Positions 25,561 through 37,462 of a DNA stretch of 64,000 nucleotides are shown here, piece after piece. Numbering within the stretch: position 1 is the stretch's first letter; every line of letters begins with the position of its first letter. Under the pieces are notes generated by a model. The model searched no databases, had not been told where the DNA came from, and worked only from the letters and a program-made list of their open reading frames with translations. Made by a program: the position numbers and the translations under genes. Source of the stretch: the human T2T-CHM13v2.0 reference genome, Homo sapiens; the NCBI RefSeq assembly GCF_009914755.1, contig NC_060944.1; one strand, 5' to 3'.

Positions 25561-26276
25561 AACCAGTCATTATTATAATTGTTGTTGTTTCTAACATTAT
25601 CATAAATTAATGATCAGGATATGACTGCCCCAGAATAATAACATTGACTTCTTCTGGAGCACTGGGGACTGGGGGCCCCATCCTGAGACACCATGATGCT
25701 TTTCCCAGCCTGCTTGGCAGACTTCAACCTATTTTGCAGACAGGAGAATGGAAGTGAAGTGGCTCGCGACCCACAGAGGCAGAGGTGGAAATGCAGGAGG
25801 TGAGGAATGACTTAAACACAGCATCCTGGGAGAGACAGGAAGAAAAACACAGAAAAAGCTCACAGCGTGGCCTCCTGCAGGGGCCTCCAGCCCAGCCATA
25901 TTGGTGGCACATAAGACTTCCAGGGGGGCCTGAATTTGCACCCTTCACCCTCGTTTTTCTAGAGAAGCAGGGAATGTTGTCTTGGGGATGAGGACCAGTC
26001 CTTTAAGCAGCTTAAATCCCCATCCCTCACCTGATGGGCCCACAGGGACACCACAGTGTCTACTATGATCTGTTACCTGCACAAGGTCGTAGTCTTTTCA
26101 GGAAGATGAATCAAATGACAGGATTTGCAGTGAGCAGCTCTGTGTCCACCAGTGGCCACCACTTCTGCACCCCAAGGCCAGGTCAGGTCTCTTCTTCCCA
26201 GACCTTTCTGGAAAATGGGCTGCCTGGTCTAGAGTGATGCTCCCCATCCCCACCCCACCATGTCTCAGATCCCAGC

Positions 26277-26614
26277 TGTATCGGTGTGTTCTCACGCTGC
26301 TAATAAAGACACACCCGAGACTGGGTAATTTATAAAGGAAAGAGGTTTAATGGACTCACAGTTTCACATGGCTGGGGAGGCCTGACAATCATGGCGGAAG
26401 GCAAATGAGGAACAAAGTCACATCTTACATGGCAGCAGGCAAGAGGGCATGTGCAGGGGAACTCCCCTTTACAAAACCATCAGATCTCGTGAGACGTATT
26501 CACTGTCACTAAAACAGCATGGAAAAGACACATCCCCATGATTCAGTTACCTCCCACTGGGTCCCTCCCATGACATGTGAGATTTGGGTGGGGACACAGA
26601 GCCAAACCATATCC
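26277..26614 (-). mobile_element. THE1B-like solo LTR (small internal deletion)
   Basis: GCTAATAAAGAC..CCCGAGACTGGGTAATTTATAAAGGAAAGAGGTTTAATGGACTCACAG; perfect TSD CCAGC. Confidence 0.9.
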
Positions 26615-28129
26615 CCAGCCCCTCCTCCACACTGTACTTCAGGCCTCCCCACCCACCTTGTTCTGGTTCTCTGAGTCCCTGCTTTGCCAGATTGTTTTAA
26701 TCAGATCTTGCAGATAATGTTTTCCACTTATCACCATCTTAGCTCTCAACTTATCCTTACAGTCTTGGTTAAGACCTTTTTTGTCCAACATCTTGGACAC
26801 TTGCCGTCAACTCAGATGGGGATGCTTGCAGGGGAGCAGGTTCAGAGTGGGGAATATCGGAGCTCAGTTGGGGACATGCTGTTTGCTGTGCCCATAAATC
26901 TTCCCAGTTGGAGGTTTAATTCTGGAGAAACAGAGAGAGAATGCCTGGCCTTTTGGGGAGGCAGGCGAGCACCAGCACCTCCCAAACTCACTGTGTCCCA
27001 GGCCACTGTGGGGTAGGAGAGGAGAGGCTTACTGTATAACCCTCACTCTACTGAAGCTTCCCTAGAGCTGAGCGGCAGTGCTTCCCTCCCCTGGCCCGCC
27101 TCCTTCTCATCTTTACTCTTCCACTGTGTGTCTGCAAACTGCACAGCTTGTTAGTGAGATACGCTAATAAACCACCATGTCATCACATTAGCAGTTTCCA
27201 GCTGAGAATCTCCCTTCCTGCTCGGGGTGGCAGACACCCAAACACAGCCCCATCATCAGGCTGTTTGCACAGCTAATTACTTTTTTCCAACATGGAGGCG
27301 AGAGACTTCCTGAGGCTTCCACTCACTCAGAATTGCTGTTGTGGATTTCAGAATGGTCCCCCTGCCAGGCTTGTCTGGATGTCCCAAAGACTTTAGGGAG
27401 TAGCCAGATTCTGCCCTCTCATTGGATAGAACGGGAGGCCGAGGTCCACAGAGGGGCTGACTGCTCCCATTTTGCAGATGAGGAAACTCAGGCACAGAGA
27501 GGTAGAGTGGTGATGCATCCAAAGCAGCTCATGGCTGGGGACAAGAGGCCAGGCCTCCTATTTCCCACAACAGGGCTCTTCCTGGGGTCCATCTTACCTC
27601 TTCCCAGCTAGGTGGAGAGGCCTTTCTCCCCAGTGTAGCGGGGTGGTCAAAGAGGAACAGGACTTTGTGTGTGGCCACTGGCACTTAGAGAGGAAGGGCT
27701 CACTTCTTGCCTCATCTACTGAGTCCTGACCACCCTTGCACCCTCCCCAGGTCTTCCTTTAGGAGGTTCTCTTTTTCCAGGGCTCTCCCAGGTTGCCTGT
27801 GGGCTGCACCTCCCAGGTCACCTCTTGCTTCCCCATAGCCCAGTCTTCTTGGCTAACACTCTCCCCACGTGCTTCTGTAGGGCTGCCCACACACACCTGG
27901 GGTTGACAGGTGTCCAGACCTGGCCACCTCCAGGCATGATGACTGCTCAGACACAGGCATGTGCCCAGGTTGGTCCAATGCAAACATGCTGGGTGCCTCC
28001 ACTGGAATGAGGGGGAAAGAGAGGCACTCTTTCCCTAGATCCGCTGGCTCTGTGAGAGTGAAGCAAGCCTAGAGCTTGGATGGGCAGAGTGGCATCACTC
28101 AGGGAGCCTGCTTGGGAAGCCACCCCAGG

Positions 28130-28540
28130 TAAGAGCACTACCTGCCATGACACTTGGGTAGAAATGACAGAAAACTCACTGAAATGGCTTAACAGAAAAA
28201 GAGAACTCATATTACCTCACATAAAGCTCCACTCCATCCTGGTACTCTGAGAGTTTTGGCAGGACTCTCCCACCCCAACTCTGGGCTCACCTTGCCTCTC
28301 TGTGAGCTTCACTCCGGCCTGATGTTTTCCTGGAGGTGGCAGGGAAGGCCTCCCATTGCGGTCACCCAAGCAGAAGGAGGACACATCTTTCCCAACACTC
28401 ACGCCAATGTCCTGGGGTTGACTCCATCTGCACCAGTTCGAGTCCCCTGTGCAACCCTGAGCCAATCACTGTAGTCAAGGGAAGAGGATGACCTGATTGG
28501 TCATATCTTGATCATGTGATGACTGGGGCCACCAATGACT
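28130..28540 (-). mobile_element. Old MaLR LTR fragment (MLT1K/L-like)
   Basis: GACAGAAAACTCACTGAAATGGCTTAA..CCCTGAGCCAATCACTGT..CTGATTGG. Confidence 0.55.
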
Positions 28541-28626
28541 TTGCACTGCCTTCTGCCCCCATGATTCACCGAGAGCAAGTAGGTTGCTAAGCAACCAGCT
28601 CCAGCTCTTTTGTGGCACTTGGGACT

Positions 28627-28921
28627 GGGAAAGCCACCCCAGGGTCCTGCATGTTGAATTACAGGGAAAGTCACACCAGTGTCCTGCATGTTGAATTACA
28701 GGGAAAGTCACACCAGGGTTCTGCATGTTGAATTACAGGGAAAGTCACACAGGGGTCCTGCATGTTGAATTATAGGGAAAGTCACTCCAGGGTCCTGCAT
28801 GTTGAATTACAGGGAAAGTCACGCCAAGGTCCTGCATGTTGAATTATCAGGAAAGTCACACAGTGGTCCTGCATGTTGAATTACAGGGAAAGTCACGCCA
28901 AGGTCCTGAATGTTGAATTAC
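28627..28921 (+). repeat. Minisatellite, 8 x 37 bp
   Basis: Unit GGGAAAGTCACACCAGGGTCCTGCATGTTGAATTACA starting at 28627, 28664, 28701, 28738, 28775, 28812, 28849, 28886. Confidence 0.97.
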
Positions 28922-28964
28922 TCAGTACTTGGATGTCAGCCGGCTGTGGTTCCTTGGAGGAGAA

Positions 28965-29175
28965 GACAGCAGGGTGATTTTGGTTAATCTTCCCAGTGAC
29001 ACTTACTCACTAAGAGACCTTGGGCAAATTACTCCCTTCTCTCTTATGTAAAATGAAGATAATAATAGGACCTGCTTCAGGGGGTTGATTGAGGATCAAA
29101 CGGTGTAATTTGTGATGGTGACTTGGAAGAATGCCTCACCCACAGCGGGGCTCAGTTAAGAGAGCTAACTGTAGC
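28965..29175 (+). mobile_element. MIR SINE
   Basis: GACCTTGGGCAAATTACTCCC..TGTAAAATGAAGATAATAATAG. Confidence 0.75.
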
Positions 29176-29239
29176 TGGTATTGGGAGCTCCATGCCCACA
29201 TCTGGTCAAAACCACCCCCATCCCCCTCTACCTCTCCCT

Positions 29240-30070
29240 CTCCCAGATAAAGAGAGGGGGCAGATTTCTAATTTGGACATCAGCCCATGTCACCTCCTCA
29301 CTAAAAGCTCTTTAATGACACCTCATGGACTTCAAGGTCAAGTTCAGGGTCCTCACCCTGGTCTACAAGGTTCTGCAGGATCTAGCCCTCCCCAGCTCAG
29401 TCCAGCCACATGGCCCCTTTCTCATTTTCAAACACACCAAGCTCAATCCAGCAAACAGACTTTGCCTCTTGCCATTCCCTCCGCCTGGAGCAGTCTTCTC
29501 CCAGCTACCACTGTGAAATGGTTTGATTGTGTCCCCACCCAAATCTCATCTTGAATTATGGCTCCCATAATTCCCATGTGTCGTGGGAGGGACCTGGCAG
29601 AAGGTAACTGAATCATGGGGGTGGGTCTTTCCCATGCTATTCTTATGATGGTGAATAAGTCTCACGAGATCTGATCGTTTTATAAAGGGGAGGTCCCCTG
29701 CACACGCTTTCTTGCCTGCTGCTGTCTAAGACGTGACTTTGCTCTTCTTTTGCCTTCTTGCAGTGATTGTGGGGTCTCCCAGCCACGTGGAACTGTGAGT
29801 CCATTAAACCTCTTTCCTTTATAAATGACCCAGTCTCAGGTATGTATTAGCCATGAGAGAACAGACTAATACACACTATCAATAACACCCTCAATTCATA
29901 CAGGTCTCTTTTCAAATGTCATCTCCTCAGAGAAGCCTTCCCTGAGCATTTACTCTAAGATAAACCACTTCCTCCCACTTCCTTTCTGTCCCCGTCAGCC
30001 TGATACACATTTCATTGTATCACTTATGATTATCTGAAAATATGTTAGCCTCCTGTTTGTGTTTTTATCA
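29240..30070 (+). mobile_element. L2 LINE split by THE1B
   Basis: GGTCTACAAGGTTCTGCAGGATCTAGCCC..TTCAAATGTCATCTCCTCAGAGAAGCCTTCCCTGA. Confidence 0.75.
29514..29873 (+). mobile_element. THE1B-like solo LTR
   Basis: TGAAATGGTTTGATTGTGTCCCCACCCAAATCTCATCTTGAATT..ACAGACTAATACA; TSD CACTG/CACTA. Confidence 0.92.
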
Positions 30071-30447
30071 CATGTAAAGGATATTTGGGGCTTGGAGGGT
30101 ATAGTCTAGACAAGGTAAGTCAGAAAGGAAGAAAGCCAAGTCCTAGGGCACAGACTGAGACTGCTCTTACTGGATGATCAAAGGCTTCTGTTCATAGGGA
30201 AGCTTTGCTGGATCCCAGTGAGCCAGTTAATGGTGTCCCTGGACACCAGAACAAGTTGCTGCTTGCTAGAGTTTGCCAGGTAGTCCTGGCTGCTGCATCC
30301 TCTCTCCTGCATCTTCTGGACAGTTCTAGGCGTTGGGGAGTGATTGGTGCTAGGTGAGAAGCAGCCTCTGAATAAACATTCGGGAGTCAGTGGGGGTCAG
30401 TGGTAGTTGAGCATGTGGGCTTTGAAGTCAGAACTGGGTTTGAATCC

Positions 30448-30843
30448 AGTATTAGTCCATTCTTACGCTGCTATAAAGACATACCTGAGACTGGATAATT
30501 TGTAAAGAAAAGAGGTTTAATCAACTCACATTTCCATAGGCTGTACATGAAGCATGGATGGGAGACCTCAGGAAACTTATAGTCATGGTGAGAAGTGAGG
30601 AGGAAGGGAGCACGTCCTGCATTGCTGGAGCATGAGGAAAAGAGAGAGATGGAAGGGGGAAGTGCTACACACTTTCAAGAAACCAGATCTCATGAGAACT
30701 CTATCACCAGACAGCACTAGGCGGGTGTTAAACCATTAGAAATCACCCCATTATTCAATCACCTCCCACCAGGTTCTCCTCCAACACTGGGATTTACAAG
30801 TTGACATGAGATTTGGGTAGGGACCCAGAACAAAACTGTATCA
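30448..30843 (-). mobile_element. MSTA-like solo LTR inserted into a MIR
   Basis: GTATTAGTCCATTCTT..AGGCTGTACATGAAGCATGG..TGTATCA; perfect TSD AATCC. Confidence 0.88.
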
Positions 30844-31439
30844 AATCCCAAACTCCACTTCCATAGCCAAGAACTTGGTGGTTATTGATTGAAGGCCTCC
30901 TAGGGGCCAGCCCCTTCCTACATACTTTGCATGAACTCTCTTGTCTCATGTGTAAGTACCACAGGCTAATGTCTGCACCTTGCACCCTCTATAATGATAT
31001 CTCTCATTTTCATGATTGAGCAGACTGTAATGGTTGTTGTGAGCAGAATAGCGGACTCTGAGTGAAGAACCTTGGCATTCATGCCTCTAACTGCAGGGAA
31101 ATCCTTCCACTGCCTAAAGCCTGCCCTCAGGTCTCCTGTGAATTCGCTCAAGCTACCCTCGAGCCCCCCAGGCCCCATCCATCCACTCAACAACATTTAC
31201 ATAGGCCAGGCAAGGCACCCTGGGGGACAGAGACAAGCCAGTCATATCTGTGTCCTTGGGAAGCTCAAGTCAAGGGTGCTTTCCCCCCACTGTTAACAAG
31301 GTTCTTCCCTCTCCAGGCCTCCGAGCCTCCAACTCTCAAAAGGTGCAGCTGTTTATTGCCACTGCTCACATTTACACCCTGAGACGAATATACCATTTTA
31401 CCCAAAGGACCTCAGAATTGGATGATTTTATTTGCCTAA

Positions 31440-31815
31440 GAAATGCTTTACTTGACTTGTAATCTAGAGATGGCAAAATGTATAGCTTTTGAATATGCAT
31501 TTAGATCTGTTTTGACAAATGCACAAACCCCTATCATGCAAACTCTTATCACAATATAGGACATTGCCCTCATTTCAAAACCTCCCTTGCATCCCATCTT
31601 GTCAACCCCACACACCAATCCCCAGCAGCTGCCTGTTTTCTGATTGCCTTTACCGTAAATTAACATCGCTAGTTCTAGATGTTGTATCAAAAGAATGTAT
31701 AGCATGCACTCTTGTGTCTAGCTTCTTTTGCCCAACATACTGTTGTAAAATTAATCCATACAATTGTATATCAATAGTGCATTCCTTTTCATAACTACGT
31801 ACTAAGTATCATTTA
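31440..31815 (-). mobile_element. Old L1 (L1ME-like) 3' end fragment
   Basis: TTTTGACAAATGCACA..ACTCTTGTGTCTAGCTTCTTTTGCCCAACATA..AATCCAT. Confidence 0.7.
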
Positions 31816-31829
31816 TAAAAGTGAACCTC

Positions 31830-32100
31830 GGCTGGACATGGTGGCTCATGCCTATAATCCCAACACTTTTGGGGCTGAGGCAGGAGGATTGCTTGAGGCC
31901 AGGAAATCAGGACCAGCCTAGGCAATATATTAAGGGCTTATCTCTACAAAAATCTTGTTAAAAGATTACCTACGCATGGTGGCATGTGCCTGTAGTCTCA
32001 GCTACTTCAGAGGCTGAGGTGGGAGGATCGCTTGAGCCCAAGAGCTTGTGGTAAGCTGGGCAACAGAGTGAGGCCTTGCCTCAAAAACAAAAACAAAAAA
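31830..32100 (+). mobile_element. AluJ with right-arm deletion
   Basis: Diverged dimer; degenerate TSD AAAAGTG(AA)CCTC. Confidence 0.9.
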
Positions 32101-32153
32101 GTGCCTCGATTTGTTCATCCACGATCTCCCCAATACCTAGAGCTATGTCTAGC

Positions 32154-32773
32154 TGCTTTTTTTTTTTTTTTTTTTTTTTTTTTGAGACAGGGTCTCAATC
32201 TGTCACCCAGGCTGGAGTGCAGTAGTGCAATCATGGCTCACTGCAACCTCAACCCCTAGAGCTCAAGTAATCCTCCCCACTCAGCCTCCCGAGTAGCTTG
32301 GACTACAGGTATGAGTCACCACATCTGACTAGTTTTTAAATGCTTTGTAGAGACAGGGTCTCACCATTTTGCCCTGGCTGCTGCTATGGTTTGAACGGTG
32401 GCATCCCCTCCAAAATTCACATTGAGACTTAGTCCCCATTGCAACAATATAAGCAGTGTGGCTTTTGGGAGGAGATTAAGTCATGAGGGCTCCCCGCTCA
32501 TGAATGGAATAAGCACCCTTATAAAAGGGCTCGCAATTGAAGGGGGCATTCTCGTGTCTTTCATTGAGGACACAGTGTTCCTACTCTCTGGGCCAGCCAG
32601 ACGGCAACAAGGCACCATCTTGGAAGCAGAGAGATGCCTTGAGCAGACACCAGCGCTGCAGTGCCTTGACCTTGGACTTCTCAGCCTCCAGAACTGTGAG
32701 AAATACATTTCTATTGTTTATAAATTACCCAGTCTGTGGTATGCTGTCCTAGCTGCACAGGCGGACTAAGATA
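32154..32773 (+). mobile_element. MaLR solo LTR (MSTD-like); main body 32382-32773
   Basis: TGCTATGGTTTGAA..CTTGGACTTCTCAGCCTCCAGAACTGTGAGAAATA..GACTAAGATA; TSD CTAGC at 32149-32153/32774-32778. Confidence 0.85.
32158..32380 (-). mobile_element. AluJ, 5'-truncated
   Basis: Poly-T, right arm, linker and part of left arm. Confidence 0.9.
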
Positions 32774-32981
32774 CTAGCCTACGGTGAATGCTCAGAAATA
32801 CTTGTTGCAGGCATGAATCCGGGACATAGCAAGGACACTGTTTACAATGAGGAAGAAAGACAAAGGAGAGGAAATGAGAACCCAGCCTCACTCCTTCTTC
32901 AAAAATTGTCTCAGTAGTAAAAAGGATGAAAGCTGGCTCTCCACTCAACCTGTCAGACCTCTCTTCAGAAATGCAGGGGAA

Positions 32982-32996
32982 GCTGCCACCTGGTGA
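32982..32996 (-). promoter_or_regulatory. Candidate CTCF site
   Basis: Minus strand TCACCAGGTGGCAGC matches the core CCASYAGRKGGCRS at 13 of 14 positions. Confidence 0.45.
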
Positions 32997-33761
32997 ATAA
33001 TTCACCTGCAGTCAGCAGCCCCAAATGCTGCATTGGCAAAAAGCAAACAGCCTGCAGAACTGTTTCTTATTTTTAATCTGCTCAGAACCAGGGTCTTGAA
33101 GCATTTGCTTTTCCATCCTACTAATTTTGGAGGCAATTAGCTGTTGGGTGTTCTTGCCGTCGGCTCCCCTCTGTGTGTATGTCCTTGTTAGGTGTGCTCA
33201 CCCTGCCCAAACACACCAGCTGTGAAGCGCTTTGTTAATTTACTCTTAAACTACCATTTTAACAAGCTTCTTAAGTGATAGAGGCATTTGTGCATAAATA
33301 GCAAGTGGTAAGCTTCCCCCTGGAACATTAACCTGATTTATTAAAAACACTGTGACTACCAAGCTTTATACATCAACATCTTTAACACAAAAAAATATAT
33401 GATCTCATCTCCTCCCACAGCCCCAGCCCTAATGTAGACAGAGAGCTCTGATGGGAGGTGAGAACCTGGAAGATGTCACTGTGAAAGGCGAAAGAAGCCA
33501 GTTTTTTAATATTTCAAATGCAGCCGAGCCAGCCAACCAAAACGTGTTTTCTCCGACATTAGCCTGGGGACAAGTGGAAAAAAACAGACACAATTTCTTT
33601 CCATGACCAAACCTTCCCACCTAGCTGGGCCAAGGATGAGGTCACCCTAACACCTCTCTCTGTGACTCTGATGGGCTGGGGGGATGGGCTGAGAGTGGGG
33701 GAACACCCCAACGAACTTAAATTTCAATGCCCAAACCGCACCCCACCACCTGCCAGAAACT

Positions 33762-34046
33762 CAGCATTTCCTAAGCACCCTCCATGCACACACTCCTCAT
33801 GAATGTTGTTTTGGGTCATCTCACTGCACCACCTGTACAATTATTTCACTAATGTTATTTTTAAATGGATCACTTTAAAAATTTTAGCCTCAAACCAAAC
33901 AATATTGTCTGTGAAATTGTAGATTTCATGCATTAGTTATATATGGTGTTTCTTTAAAACTTTAAAGATGAAATAGTGAAATAGATAATGCACTCTGGTG
34001 TACCATGTACTATTGGTGTGACACATAACACACCAGGGAAATGCTG
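33762..34046. mobile_element. hAT-Charlie MITE (MER113/Charlie4-like)
   Basis: Perfect 10-bp terminal inverted repeats CAGCATTTCC / GGAAATGCTG around an AT-rich interior. Confidence 0.7.
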
Positions 34047-34283
34047 AATTAATTCCATATTCCAAAGTTCAGAGCAAACAATGTTTCCTGGGACTTAGAC
34101 GGTGTCTAATACTTTGAAGATTCAAAGTTAAGCTTAGTTTTCCAGTCCAGAGGCTTCTGTGCAAGAGACTACATCCATCAGCCAGCAGCAGACGCACACT
34201 GCATCTGACCGAATACCTGCTTCCCTTCTCCTGAGAAGTACAGGAGCACCGTGTGGGGTGGATAATGAAGGAGATGATGTCCT

Positions 34284-34284
<1 letters not shown>

Positions 34285-34338
<54 letters not shown>
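34285..34338 (+). repeat. (GT)27 microsatellite
   Basis: Direct reading. Confidence 0.97.
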
Positions 34339-34340
<2 letters not shown>

Positions 34341-34459
34341 TTTAGTTATAGGTGAATAATTAGATTACGTGATTTCAGGAACTCTTTGGGAAATAGAAGA
34401 AGGGTGGCACAGTGAGAAGAATGAAGCTGGGGTCAGTAAATGCAGGGTCTTGACTTCAG

Positions 34460-34940
34460 TCTGTGTCTAACCATTGCCATCTCTTGCCTGGACTATTGTA
34501 GTCTCCTAACTGGTCTTCCAGCTTCACCCTCGGCCACCACCCTGTGTTCTCCATTCAGAGCCAGGGTGGGCCTTTCAGCCCAAGTCAGCTCATCACATTC
34601 CATCACTCAGAGTCCTCTAGGGACCCACCCTCTCATGCAAAATAAAAGCCAAAGTCTTCCCCATGGCCTGCAAGGCCCTCCATGGCCTGACCCCTCATCC
34701 TCTCTTCAACCTCCACCCCTGCCACTCCCCACCTCACTCCCCTGCTGCAGCCACATGGGCCTCTGTGCTGCTCCCCCAGCCCCTTGAGAACCCTCCTGCC
34801 TCAGGGTCTTTGCACTTGCGGGTCCCTCTGCCAAGGCTGCTCTTCCCCAGATATCTGCCTGGCTCATCCTCTCACTCCAGGCTCTGCAGATGTCACCTCC
34901 TCCAAGAGGCCCTCTCTGGTGCCACCTTCTAAAGAGCACC
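34460..34940 (+). mobile_element. L2 LINE
   Basis: CATCTCTTGCCTGGACTATTGTAGTCTCCTAACTGGTCT..CTCAGGGTCTTTGCACTTGC. Confidence 0.8.
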
Positions 34941-34949
34941 CTGTTGCTG

Positions 34950-35725
34950 CGTAATGACTCAGTTTACCCTATGCTTTTTCTCAATATGCATATATATGTC
35001 TAATATCTATGCGTCATTGAGTAAATGAGGGGAAAATGTTCTCAGAGGATGCACAAGAACCTGAGCGTGATACTGGCCTGTGTTAGCGGTGGGTGGGGAA
35101 TGAAGCGCTTTGTGTTATTTAAATCTTTAAAGAACAACTGTATTACTCATGTAATGAAGAATATTGGGGGACGAGTCAGAGAGGGGAAAGAAAACAGCCT
35201 AGAAACAAGTAAATCTGGGTAAGAACCAAGATGAGCAAGGACTTCCTCCCTCCTCCATGCCTCACCCCCGAGGAGCAGCACATTCCATATGGCAGAGCCT
35301 GAGATGCTCACGTGGAGGCTCTGGGCAAGGACTCGCCTCTCTCTGCAGCAACCACAAGTGACTCTGAATATAAAACAAGGTCACAGGTGACTCACAGATC
35401 CAAAGAAGTGTTTTGCTGGGTCTCTATGGTGCTTTAAAAATTAGATGTCACCCAAACATCTGGATTTCTGCTTTCTCTTAGACAAATGAGTAGCCACAGC
35501 CACTGAGAAGTAGCAATGCTCTTCAAATGGGGCCTGGGCTCCCCGCTTCGCCATAGCCCCCACCTCTCCCCACTGCCTTCTCAGCCCCGAGACTGAGTCA
35601 AAGTCACCTTTGTTATTACACTCAGCTTGCTGCATTCCTTCTTGTAAAGTTCAGAGGGAGTCGGAGTATTTATTGTACTCATGTCTTTATAAAAAAATGG
35701 GAAACTAAGAGGACCACGTGGTTCT
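34950..35725. promoter_or_regulatory. Candidate AP-1/TEAD/RUNX enhancer
   Basis: Three perfect TGASTCA, three TEAD cores, RUNX AACCACA and two CACGTG in ~770 bp of mostly non-repeat DNA. Confidence 0.5.
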
Positions 35726-36663
35726 AGATTTTTTAGAATTCTGGAAGACCAGGAGTTTTCTGCTTGGGCTGCCTGAGTGACTCTGAGCCAAGCCTCTCCA
35801 GGCCTGTGAGTCTGCCACTGTTAGGTCAACCAGCCAGGATGCTAATGGGGATGAAGTCAGCACAAGCTAGTTTTCTACTGGTGGCCCAGAAACCCAGGAG
35901 ACACTCTCAGCTTTGGCCCAGAATTCATCTGCCACATTTTTCCTTGATGTGCTCCAACTTTGCGGGGGGTTCCTTGGGCCTAGGATTCCTACACCGTGTT
36001 TTCTCCTCTCTCTTGGATTAAGGAGCAGGATCTCAGGGGCAACCTGGCATGGGGCAGGCAGAGAAAGAAGAAAGCACAGCTCGAGGCCTGCTTCTTTCCA
36101 AGCATTTCCTTTCTTACCCGTGTTCTTTAGTTTCCTCTTAAGGGTTGAACTGTTTGCTTACTCTGTCTGTCTCTTTCTTGCTTGTTTGCTATTGCTCCAT
36201 CTTCATCTCTATCTCGGTCTCTCATATAGAGAGAGAAACAGGCTCGCAACTGAACCACCAGCCCCACCCTCATCTTTGTACTTGCAGCGTGCCAGAGCAC
36301 TGGATTAAGAGTCTGAAAAATAAGGCAGGACACACACACCCCAGCCCCCAACCACTAGCCATTTCCACAGTCTTCAATAAGCCACGTACTTCTCATCTAC
36401 AAATGTATATGTCATAGGTTACTTTAGGTCTAACATTTAACTATACATTTCTAGGATAATTCCAGAATATTCTAAGTCACCAAACCTAGGTCAGTGGAGA
36501 GGTCAGGGCATGGGCGCTCAAATTAGAAGTCCCGGGCTTGAATCCTGACTTGCTACTCTCTTTGGGACCTGTGCAAAGGACTCAACCACCCTGTGCCTCA
36601 GTTGCCTCATCTGTAATATGGGGAGAATAACAACATCACCCCTTCTGAGGTTGTTCTAAATAT

Positions 36664-37462
<799 letters not shown>

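Noticed and set aside
28627-28921. CRISPR-like array (constant core plus variable segment, 37-bp period)
   Set aside because: The variable part is only ~6 bp of related variants, not unique spacers; primate DNA with no cas genes. It is a minisatellite.
26277-29873. Two THE1B LTRs as the ends of one provirus
   Set aside because: Opposite orientation, different TSDs (CCAGC vs CACTG/A) and no THE1 internal sequence between them; two independent solo LTRs
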